This document shows, in pieces, positions 29,450 through 37,601 of a stretch of 64,000 nucleotides of DNA (position 1 is its first letter; each line of letters opens with the position of its first letter). The notes under the pieces were generated by a model that saw only the letters and a program-made list of their open reading frames with translations, was not told where the DNA came from and did no database searches. Position numbers and translations under genes: made by a program. Source of the DNA: an uncultured Armatimonadia bacterium (GTDB lineage: Bacteria; Armatimonadota; Zipacnadia; Zipacnadales; UBA5352); the NCBI GenBank assembly GCA_964484945.1, contig CAZAHB010000002.1:16-64015 (forward strand), written 5' to 3'.

Positions 29450-29686
29450 TCAACCGGACTGGTCTGCCCCTGGTTGCTCTGCGGCTGCGGGCCGACGGAT
29501 CAATCGCATAATACCCAGCCCCACGCCGAGCCCGACCGCCACCAGGAACACGCAGAAGACAAGCAGAGGAACCAGTTCGGAACCCCCACCAAGCTTTGTC
29601 AGCGCCTGAAAGATCGTCCCGAGCAGTTCGATCATCGGATGCACCCTCTGTGTTGTGATGATGGAAGAGAAGTGCCCGCGCTTCAA
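29450..29686 (-). CDS. Small hypothetical membrane protein
   Basis: A 60-78 aa ORF with a single TM helix, LVPLLVFCVFLVAVGLGVGLGIM. The start is uncertain. Confidence 0.3.
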   Translation of the reverse strand: MKRGHFSSIITTQRVHPMIELLGTIFQALTKLGGGSELVPLLVFCVFLVAVGLGVGLGIMRLIRRPAAAEQPGADQSG

Positions 29687-29824
29687 GCGCGGGCACCAGG
29701 TATGATCGTTACTTTAAACAGCCTCATCCCCCGGGTAGTTCCGCGCGGGTCACGGGCGAAGCGCCCCGAGCGTGCAGGTGCGCAGCGGCCGCGGCCTCTC
29801 CCCTACCGCGCCGGAACGTGTGGG

Positions 29825-31129
29825 TCAGTTCTCGTCTTCGATGCGTACTCGGACCGCCTCGCCGTGCATCGGGAGGCCCTCCGCCTCCGCCAGACTCATG
29901 ACCGCCGGCGCGAGGTGTTCGAGGCCCTCCTTCGACAGAAGCTGGAAGGTGGGCTTTTTCAGGAAGTTGTCGATCGACAGTCCTGAGAACATCTTCGCGG
30001 TCAGGCCCGTGGGCAGCACGTGATTCGTCCCCGATGCGTAATCGCCGGCCGGGACCGGCGCGTAGTGGCCCAGGAAGATCGAGCCGGCGTGCTTGATCCG
30101 CGGGAGCAGCAGCATCGGCTCATCGACCGCGATCTCCAGGTGCTCGGTCGCGTACTCGTTCGTGAACTCGATGGCCTCGTCCATGTCCTCCACCAGGACG
30201 ACCGCGGAGTTGTTCTCCAGCGCCGGGCGGAGGATCTCCTGCCGGTCCGCCGCGTCGAAGGCGCGCTCGACTGCCTCGGCGGTGGCGTTCGCGAGGTCCT
30301 CGGACGCGGTCACCAGCACCGCCGCGGCGTCCTGGTCGTGCTCGGCCTGTGAGAGGAAGTCGATCGCGAGCCAGTCGGGGTTCGCCGAATCATCGGCCAG
30401 TATAAGAATCTCGCTCGGCCCGGCCGGCGCGTCGATGGAGACTGTGCCGAAGACCGCCATCTTGGCGGCGGTCACGTACTTGTTGCCGGGGCCGACAATC
30501 GTGTTCACCTGCGGGACGCTCTCGGTCCCGTAGGCCATCGACGCGATCGCCCAGGGGCCGCCGATCTTGTAGATATCGTGGCAGCCGGCGAGGTCCGCGG
30601 CGACCAGCGACGTCGGGTTCGCGGTCATGCCCTCATTGGGCGGAGTGCAGGCGACGATCTGCTCGACGCCCGCGGCCTTCGCCGGGAGGATGGTCATCAG
30701 GACGCTGGAGGGATAGCTGGCCTGGCGCCCGGGGATATAGCAGCCCGCGCTGTCCACGGGCCGGATGACGCGCCCGGCGAGGATCCCCGGCGCGATCTCC
30801 ATCGACCACATGTCGCGCTCGAACTGCGCCCGGTGGAATTTCTCGATATTGGCGGCAGCGAATCGCAGGTTGTCTACGACATCTGCCGACACCTCGCCGT
30901 AGGCGGCCTGGATCTCGTCCTCGGTGACCTTGAGGTCCTCGGTGGAGATGTCGCTTTTGTATTTCGTGTAGTGGTCGAGGGTGACGATATCGCCGCGCTC
31001 GCGGATGTCCTCGCAGATGGCGCGCATGTCCTCGTAGATATCGCCAAGCTCCTCCATCGAGCGCTGCATGATTGCCTCGTGGCGCTCGTCGCTGAGTTCG
31101 CTGAGCTTTTCGACGGTGATGATGCTCAT
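29825..31129 (-). CDS. hisD: Histidinol dehydrogenase
   Basis: A 434-aa product from MSIITVEK (start 31129). Conserved HisD blocks are present: GPGNKYVTAAK, SQAEHD and HLE. The ORF-track N-terminal extension is rejected. Confidence 0.9.
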   Translation of the reverse strand: MSIITVEKLSELSDERHEAIMQRSMEELGDIYEDMRAICEDIRERGDIVTLDHYTKYKSDISTEDLKVTEDEIQAAYGEVSADVVDNLRFAAANIEKFHRAQFERDMWSMEIAPGILAGRVIRPVDSAGCYIPGRQASYPSSVLMTILPAKAAGVEQIVACTPPNEGMTANPTSLVAADLAGCHDIYKIGGPWAIASMAYGTESVPQVNTIVGPGNKYVTAAKMAVFGTVSIDAPAGPSEILILADDSANPDWLAIDFLSQAEHDQDAAAVLVTASEDLANATAEAVERAFDAADRQEILRPALENNSAVVLVEDMDEAIEFTNEYATEHLEIAVDEPMLLLPRIKHAGSIFLGHYAPVPAGDYASGTNHVLPTGLTAKMFSGLSIDNFLKKPTFQLLSKEGLEHLAPAVMSLAEAEGLPMHGEAVRVRIEDEN

Positions 31130-31456
31130 CGATCGTGGGCCTCCCTGAATCGCAACGCGACCGCTCGGGCCATGCCGAACGCTCGCTGGAGTTTTGCGTG
31201 ATGGCGAGAGGCAGTTCGACGGGGAGCGCGGGGGGACCTGCCGGGTGGGAGGATGGCGGTGGAGCGGGGGAACCTTAAACTTATGTGACAGGCGAAAATT
31301 CATGCGCAAAGGAGAGCGCTCCGGTTTGTATATGAATAGAGGGCGACGGAAACGGCGCGGCAGCAGCGGGCGGCGCGTGGAGGGATTTCCCTTACTCTGC
31401 GTCGGCGGAACGCGCCGTGGGCTCGGTGCCTCATCCTCGGGAGGAAAGGCAACAGC

Positions 31457-31550
31457 GGCCCCACCCCCCTGCGATAGACGACATCGCTTTCCCCCCTCCC
31501 CCTGGACGCCGCAAACGGCGCGGCGTCAGGCGGGAGAGGGGGGCAACGGC
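31457..31550. repeat. GC-rich palindromic repeat family 1, core-only copy
   Basis: ggccccacccccctgcgatagacgacatcgctttcccccctccccctggacgccgcaaacggcgcggcgtcaggcgggagaggggggcaacgg shares the cgatagacgacatcgc and ccctcccc...ggggagg palindromes with other copies. Confidence 0.6.
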
Positions 31551-31584
31551 CAGGGGCGGCCGGGGGGCGGGATGTCGTTGCCCA

Positions 31585-31652
31585 GCCGTTTGGAGGGCCA
31601 AACCCCGCCGCAGGCGTGGGTCGCTACGTCCCCGCCCGCGGGCTACGCTTCC
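31585..31652. repeat. Repeat family 2 (gccgtttggag...ggctacg.ccccgccc), copy 1
   Basis: gccgtttggagggccaaaccccgccgcaggcgtgggtcgctacgtccccgcccgcgggctacgc parallels 52063..52100, gccgtttggagagagcggggctacgaccccgcccgg. Confidence 0.45.
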
Positions 31653-31740
31653 CCGTCGGCTTCACCCTCCCCACCCTCACCCAACTCGCGCCGCATCTGC
31701 TGTATCTGCGCGAGGAGTTCGACCGCGGCGGCGAGGTTGG

Positions 31741-31889
31741 CGGCTGCCGGGCCTCACCCCCCTCGGTCCCCCCTCTCCCTGCTTCCTGACGCTGCAAACG
31801 GCGCAGCGTCAGGCGGGACGAGGGGGGAGGAACGGCCACTGCGTACTGCAAGAGGGAGGATCGCTATACCGGACTCGTGATACGGAGCC
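31741..31889. repeat. GC-rich palindromic repeat family 1, copy with variant right end (gtgatacggagcc)
   Basis: cggctgccgggcctcacccccc...ctgacgctgcaaacggcgcagcgtcaggcgggacgaggggggaggaacggccactgcgtactgcaagaggga...gtgatacggagcc. It lies in tandem with the copy at 31457, separated by the family-2 repeat. Confidence 0.65.
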
Positions 31890-31968
31890 ACGGAAGGCCC
31901 TCTCCCCCACGTCGCGAATAATCACCCGTCGCCCAAACTTTCGTTCAAACACAAAGGGGATAGTTCTC

Positions 31969-34374
31969 ATGCGTCGCTTTATTGCTGCCGCGTGCATAAT
32001 CGCCATCACCGCCACTGTCGCCACCGCCGATAGCTGGCTCCAGCAGGGCTTCGAAGATCCCGGTTCACTGGAGAACTGGGAGGTCGATGACAGTCAGGGA
32101 TGGGCGCGTGTGAGGAGCCTCGACGGCCCCCAGCGCCTCGTGGAGACATTCAACAGCCGCGAGTACAGCACCATCCGCGTGTACGTGCGGCTGCATCGCG
32201 CTACGGGCACCGTGTGGTTTGACAGAGTCGATATCGACTCGCTTGACATAGAGAACTCCGACTTCTCGGAACACGAGGGCGACCGAATCGCCGGTTGGGG
32301 ACAGGACGACGTCGGTGAGACGATCTTCTGGGATGACGAAAAGCTCGGGGCTGGAAGCGTGCGGATATCGCGCACGGATGCAGACGGGATGAGCCGCGTG
32401 TATCAGAACGTCAAGTGCGAGCCTCAAACGGAGTACACCCTCGAGGTCTGGGCCGCCAGCGAAAACCTCCACGGCTCGGCGTACGCCGAGGTCTACGGTG
32501 TCGCCGATGACGGACTGGGAAGCCAACTCGGCTCCACGCAGAATGTGCGCCCTCCTGACGCCACCCTCGGTCAGCGGGCGCTGGCACTGCATCCGCGAGA
32601 GGGCCCGGTGGCTGTGAGCCAGACGGTGGACCCGCGCGGCGACCGCCTCGCGACACTCTCGGTTGAGGTCAACACAGACGCGATGGAGCAGGGCGCGATT
32701 ACGCTCGCGGTGGCGGACGCAAACACCGGCGCGCTGCTCGCCCAAAAGACGCGCGAGGTCGATCCCCTGGCGCGACAGTTCGTGCCCATGCGGCTCGGGT
32801 TCTGCTCACCGGCCCACAGTGCGGCGCAGGTGCGGGTCTCGGTGGCCGGTGACGGGACCGCGCTGCTCGACAACATCACGGTTGGCGATGTCGAGCTTCC
32901 GATACCTCCGCAGAAGATGGACCTGGGCACACTCGCGGATGGCTGTGCGGTGGGCGTGGTCTCGAGCGAGATCGATGACCCGGTGCTTGCGAACGCGGCC
33001 GCGCTTTTCGAGGAAGGGTTGACCACCCGCGCGCCTGATCCGGTGGAGATCGCCGTCACCGGTGGCGCTGTGCAGTGGCCCGACACGGAGCGCTATGAAC
33101 TCGTCGCCGACGCCGATGGCGCGCGCATCACCGCGCCGACCGCGACAGGCGCGGCATACGGCCTGATGACGCTGCTGGACCTCGCGGAAGCCGGCGATGG
33201 ACGCGTCCCTGCCTGCAAGATCGAGGACTGGCCCGCGATGCCCTTCCGCGGCACCTACCGCGGCGGCGTGCCGGGCGGCGATGCCCTCCAGGACTTCTGC
33301 CGACAGTTGATGCGCCTGAAGATGAACGCGGTGGTGATGGAGAGCGGTGTCTGGTACAGCCTTGACGACGAGGATGTCCGGAAGAAGACGCGAGCGTCCT
33401 TCGAGACCCTTCGTGCCTGGGGGATCGAGCCGATTCCCGAGCTTCAGAGCCTCGGGCACGCCTCGCCGCAGCTTTCGCGCAATCCACACGCCGTCGAGGG
33501 CGCCTGGCAGCAGGACGAGGAGCTTACGCTGACCGGGACCGAGCCTGTCGCGCTGGAGCACAACAATTTGCTGCGCACGGAAGCAACCGACATCGTCATC
33601 ACCAGCGAGGACGGGGAGACCACGTTCGTCGAGGGCGAGGACTACGAGATCATCGACGGGGTGACGGACTTTCCCTACAGGCGGGACGCCGAGCCGTATC
33701 GGATCCAGCGCATCGAGGGCGGCGCGATCGCCGATGGCGCGACGGTCCTGGCCTCGTACGATCACGCGGTGAAGATGGGCAGCCGCAATGTCCCCTACTG
33801 TCCGTCGGAGCCTGCGGTGTACGATATCCTGTTCCCCGCCATCGAGGATATCATCACATATCTGGAGCCGAAGACGTTGCACATCGGCCACGATGAGCCG
33901 CGGATCGTCAACTCCGACAGCCGCTGCCTCAAGCGCGACATGACCGGCGGGGAGCTTCTGGCAGAGGATATCACGAAGCTCAACGACTTCGCGCACTCCG
34001 TGGACGGGGACGTCACGCTGATGATGTGGGCCGATGCGCTGAACCCCTATCACAACGGGACGTGGTTCAGCGGCGAGGATGAGCACCAGCTTGACCTCGT
34101 CCCGAAAGACGTGGTGCAGAACATCTGGTTCTACGGCCCGAAGCAGCCGCTCTCACACGGTCGCGACAGCTTCGAGCACTTCCAGCGCTACGGCTTCACC
34201 TTCACCGGCTCCCCGTGGGATGACACCACCTGCTGCCGCAACTGGGGGATCGTGGCCGGAGAGGCGCGGCGTAAGGGCATGAACTGCCCTGGTTTGCTCT
34301 ACACAAGCTGGAGCGGCCGCTGGGCGGGCCTTGAGACGATGGCGTCCGTGGCCTGGAACCCGCCGCGGGAATGA
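31969..34374 (+). CDS. Secreted glycoside hydrolase family 20-like protein (beta-N-acetylhexosaminidase-like) with N-terminal CBM-like module
   Basis: Signal peptide MRRFIAAACIIAITATVATA. The RBS aaagggga precedes the ATG at 31969. ACKIEDWPAMPFRGTYRG matches the start of the GH20 catalytic domain (I.D.PRF.YRG). The ORF-track start at 31417 runs through repeats and is rejected. Confidence 0.55.
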   Translation: MRRFIAAACIIAITATVATADSWLQQGFEDPGSLENWEVDDSQGWARVRSLDGPQRLVETFNSREYSTIRVYVRLHRATGTVWFDRVDIDSLDIENSDFSEHEGDRIAGWGQDDVGETIFWDDEKLGAGSVRISRTDADGMSRVYQNVKCEPQTEYTLEVWAASENLHGSAYAEVYGVADDGLGSQLGSTQNVRPPDATLGQRALALHPREGPVAVSQTVDPRGDRLATLSVEVNTDAMEQGAITLAVADANTGALLAQKTREVDPLARQFVPMRLGFCSPAHSAAQVRVSVAGDGTALLDNITVGDVELPIPPQKMDLGTLADGCAVGVVSSEIDDPVLANAAALFEEGLTTRAPDPVEIAVTGGAVQWPDTERYELVADADGARITAPTATGAAYGLMTLLDLAEAGDGRVPACKIEDWPAMPFRGTYRGGVPGGDALQDFCRQLMRLKMNAVVMESGVWYSLDDEDVRKKTRASFETLRAWGIEPIPELQSLGHASPQLSRNPHAVEGAWQQDEELTLTGTEPVALEHNNLLRTEATDIVITSEDGETTFVEGEDYEIIDGVTDFPYRRDAEPYRIQRIEGGAIADGATVLASYDHAVKMGSRNVPYCPSEPAVYDILFPAIEDIITYLEPKTLHIGHDEPRIVNSDSRCLKRDMTGGELLAEDITKLNDFAHSVDGDVTLMMWADALNPYHNGTWFSGEDEHQLDLVPKDVVQNIWFYGPKQPLSHGRDSFEHFQRYGFTFTGSPWDDTTCCRNWGIVAGEARRKGMNCPGLLYTSWSGRWAGLETMASVAWNPPRE

Positions 34375-34487
34375 GGGGCGGATCGTATGGCGTTGTCGTG
34401 CGGCCCGGGAACGACCGGGCCAGCATCGCGCAGGTAAACGACAACGGCACAGGCTGGCACGGGGGCCAGCCTCTCCAACGACAAAGG

Positions 34488-35795
34488 ATGACAGCTATGC
34501 CAGAACCCGATGGCCCGCGCCCGAACATCATCCTCGCGATGACCGATGACCAGGGATGGGGGGATGCCGGTTTCAACGGCCACCCCGTGCTGCAGACCCC
34601 GCACCTTGACGAGATGGCCGAGGCGGGCCTGCGCTTCGATCGGTTCTACGCCGGCGCGCCGGTGTGCTCGCCAACGCGCGGAAGCTGTCTCACCGGCCGC
34701 CACCCGTGGCGCTACGGCATCCTTTTCGCCAACTTCGGCCCGCCCGACGAGCCCTCGAAGTATCCGCTGCCCATGCCCGAGGTGACGCTCGCCGAGGCAG
34801 TGAGCGATCTCGGCTACGAGTGCGGGCACTTCGGCAAGTGGCACCTCGGCGATTTCGAGGGGCCGATGAAGTCCGCACCCGACCAGAGTGGCTTCGACGA
34901 CTGGCTCTCCACCGTGCGGAAGGTCGCGACAGTTGATCCGGAGGGCTACTGGGATAACGGGGAGCCGGTCGCGGGGGCGCTGGAGGGCGATGATTCGCGC
35001 ATCATCATGGACCGGGCGCTGCGGTTCATCGAGGGCGCGGTCGATCGCGAGCACCCGTTCCTTGCGGTTATCTGGTTCCATACGCCCCACCTGCCGGTCT
35101 TCGCCACCGACCAGTTCCGCGCGCTTTACGAGGATCACCCCGAGCAGTGCCAGCACTACTGGGGCGCGCTGAGCGCGATGGACGCGCAGATGGGGCGCCT
35201 GCGGTCGGCGCTGCGGGAGATGGGCGTGGCGGATGACACGATCCTGTGGTTCTGCTCGGACAACGGGCCCGAGGGCGACGCGCAGACCGAGGAGCGCCCG
35301 GGCTCCGCGGGTGACTTCCGGGGGCGCAAGCGCAGCCTCTGGGAGGGCGGTATCCGCGTCCCCGCGATCCTCGAGTGGCCGGAGCGCGTCACCGAGCCTT
35401 GCGCCACCGACCTGCCCTGCTGCACCTCCGACTTCTACCCGACGCTGATGGATGTGCTCGGCTATGAGCCGCCGAAGCAGCCCCGCCCGATCGACGGTGT
35501 GAGCCTGGTGGATCTGATCGATGGCGACATGCAGGGCCGGCCCATGGCGATGGCTTTCGAGACGCTGGAGGGCACCACTCGGGGTTCACCGAGCACCGCG
35601 CTGATCGGGAATCGGCACAAGCTGCTGATGGACCCGGACGGCGAGCCGGTGCTGCTGCATGACCTGCTGGACGATCCGGCAGAGGAGCAGGACCTCTCCG
35701 CGGACCGCCCGGATGTGGTGGAGACTATGCGGGCGACGTTGCAGGGTGAGCGCGACTCGTGGGCGCGGTCAAGAGACGGGGAGGATTACCTCTGA
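34488..35795 (+). CDS. Cys-type sulfatase (formylglycine-dependent arylsulfatase family)
   Basis: The sulfatase signature CSPTRGSCLTGR (C-x-P-x-R) follows NIILAMTDDQGWGD. A GKWHLG block is also present. Confidence 0.85.
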   Translation: MTAMPEPDGPRPNIILAMTDDQGWGDAGFNGHPVLQTPHLDEMAEAGLRFDRFYAGAPVCSPTRGSCLTGRHPWRYGILFANFGPPDEPSKYPLPMPEVTLAEAVSDLGYECGHFGKWHLGDFEGPMKSAPDQSGFDDWLSTVRKVATVDPEGYWDNGEPVAGALEGDDSRIIMDRALRFIEGAVDREHPFLAVIWFHTPHLPVFATDQFRALYEDHPEQCQHYWGALSAMDAQMGRLRSALREMGVADDTILWFCSDNGPEGDAQTEERPGSAGDFRGRKRSLWEGGIRVPAILEWPERVTEPCATDLPCCTSDFYPTLMDVLGYEPPKQPRPIDGVSLVDLIDGDMQGRPMAMAFETLEGTTRGSPSTALIGNRHKLLMDPDGEPVLLHDLLDDPAEEQDLSADRPDVVETMRATLQGERDSWARSRDGEDYL

Positions 35796-35810
35796 ACGGG
35801 TCCCCGCCCC

Positions 35811-37241
35811 CTACCCCAACTCCTCGCGCGCCCGGTCCACGATCACGCGCATCTGTGCAAGTTGCTCCTCGCGGCCTTCGGGCTTCTCGTACGCATCCAG
35901 CAGCGCGTCCACGCGGTCCGCGGTCTCTGCGAGGAGCGCCTCCTCGCGATCGAAGCCCGCGTAGCCCGAGCGGTCGATCAGGTCCGGCAGCCACACGCTG
36001 TCGCGGAAGCGCTTCGCGGTGTGCATCGTCTCCAGGTGGCTCTCCCCTATTCCCAACCCCACCTGCAGGATCTCATCCAGCGCAAGGTTCTCCGGACTCG
36101 GGTCGAATGTGCGCGTCAGGTGCGCGCTGCCCGAGGCGAACTCGCGGTCCAGCAGAAGCTGCACCGCCGAGAGCTTCTTGCCCTCATCGACCATCCCGCC
36201 CCCCGATGACAGCGACTGTCCGGTGAAGGCCGTCACCACCGCCGACTTGTACGCCTTCTCCAGCGCCGCGTACAGGCCCGGGACCCTGGCGTCACAGTAC
36301 TCGCCCGAGCCCATCGGGATGGTCATCCCGCACCAGCGGCGGATGAACTCCACGCACGCGAAGCCGTAGTAGAGCGCATCCCAGGCGGCGTAACTGACCG
36401 CCCCGGTGCCCATGTCCACCGTGCCCGGCCACATACTGCCCCGCAGGGGGACCTCCGGGTTCACGCCGCGAGCGGCCATCCACGTGGCCACGAATTCTGC
36501 GGTCGAGACCGCGACGAAGCCCTCGGCCGTCACCGGGGTCGAGACACCCGCGACCGGCATCGCCGTCAGCCCGCAGGGCTCACCGGCCTTCGCGCGGAGG
36601 ACGTACTTCCCGGCGAGGTCGCGGTCCATGCGCAGCGGATGGGCGAAGCACACCGCGCCCCACGCGAACCAGTCCTCCAGCCCCAGCACCTCCCCCATCT
36701 CGCGCAGCCACGGGATCTGATCGGCATGCCACGCGAAGGGACCGTGCGGCCTGTGGGCGTACTCCGCCAGCAAGAGGCCCGCCTCCAGCGGCTCGAGCAT
36801 CGGCGGCACATCCGTCAGCGACAGCGCATGCCCGACACCGCGCTCGCGGTGCAGGGCGTCGCCGAACTTGATGAGGGTGGTCAGGTCGTCGCGGTTGGCC
36901 TGGCGCTCCTCGCCCGTGCGGTGGTCCTCGTAAAGCTGCGCGACCTGCGTGCCGACCACCGGCAGCGAGGGAGCGCCGAGAGTCATTCGGTCCTCCGCGG
37001 CACCTGCGGGGCGGGCTTGCGGCCCGCCATGCTCTTCGCGAACGCCTTCCATGAACTCCGCGGTCAACTCGCGCGGGAAGTAGACGCGCTCGTCGGGGTA
37101 GCTGACCTCTGCGCCCATCGCCTCCATCCCCCGCATGAGTTCCTCGTTCTGACACAGCGCCCCGACCTCTTCGAGAATGGTCAGGACCGCGTCGGCCAGT
37201 GGCTCGATGTGCTCGTCCCTGATGATCGCGCGCTGGAACAT
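35811..37241 (-). CDS. MttB-superfamily (trimethylamine methyltransferase family, non-pyrrolysine) methyltransferase
   Basis: The N-terminus IRDEHIEPLADAVLTILEEVGALCQNEELMRGMEAMGAEVSYPDERVYFPRELTAEFM matches the MttB-family N-terminal block. That block is lseeqlerIh.asl.iLeevGv.v.....lell...Ga.vd..rvrfp..lve. The protein is about 476 aa, with no in-frame TAG. The start is set at MFQRA (37241). Confidence 0.65.
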   Translation of the reverse strand: MFQRAIIRDEHIEPLADAVLTILEEVGALCQNEELMRGMEAMGAEVSYPDERVYFPRELTAEFMEGVREEHGGPQARPAGAAEDRMTLGAPSLPVVGTQVAQLYEDHRTGEERQANRDDLTTLIKFGDALHRERGVGHALSLTDVPPMLEPLEAGLLLAEYAHRPHGPFAWHADQIPWLREMGEVLGLEDWFAWGAVCFAHPLRMDRDLAGKYVLRAKAGEPCGLTAMPVAGVSTPVTAEGFVAVSTAEFVATWMAARGVNPEVPLRGSMWPGTVDMGTGAVSYAAWDALYYGFACVEFIRRWCGMTIPMGSGEYCDARVPGLYAALEKAYKSAVVTAFTGQSLSSGGGMVDEGKKLSAVQLLLDREFASGSAHLTRTFDPSPENLALDEILQVGLGIGESHLETMHTAKRFRDSVWLPDLIDRSGYAGFDREEALLAETADRVDALLDAYEKPEGREEQLAQMRVIVDRAREELG

Positions 37242-37337
37242 GGCAGATGCCTCCCGTCTGGAGTCGTGGTTGGAATGAGGTTCACCCTTCGGGAGGAAAT
37301 CCCCTTTTATCCTGGCGCCCGCTACACATTGCAAGGA

Positions 37338-37528
37338 GCGTATCAGAATCTAATGGGTTGACCCACAACGCGTCGGCAGGCCGGGCCTCACCCCCCTGCG
37401 ATAAACGACATCGCTTCCCCCCCTCTCCCTGGCGATAGACGACATCGCGGGCGGGACGAGGGGGGAGGAACGGTAACTGCGTACCGCAAGAGGGAAGTAT
37501 CGCCATCCATAACTCTTAATACGGACCC
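37338..37528. repeat. GC-rich palindromic repeat family 1, full-length reference copy (about 190 bp)
   Basis: gcgtatcagaatctaatgggttgacccacaacgcgtcggcaggccgggcctcacccccctgcgataaacgacatcgcttccccccctctccctggcgatagacgacatcgcgggcgggacgaggggggaggaacggtaactgcgtaccgcaagagggaagtatcgccatccataactcttaatacggaccc. The ends are imperfect inverted repeats (GCGTATCAGAA / TTAATACGGACCC). Confidence 0.7.
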
Positions 37529-37601
37529 ACATTGCAAGGACCCGCCCCTGCTTCTATCGAACCTCCCATCACCACCGACCAGGCCGCCTGGAGGCTGTCC
37601 C

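Noticed and set aside
31417-31968. N-terminal 184-aa extension of the GH20-like ORF and 228-aa ORF 31194..31880. Also ORFs 10976..11227, 37247..37438, 46559..46759 and 56500..56928, which share the peptide DKRHRFPPSP.
   Set aside because: All overlap copies of the family-1 repeat element. The shared peptide is the translation of the conserved repeat core. Genuine starts with RBS and signal peptides occur downstream (31969, 46818).
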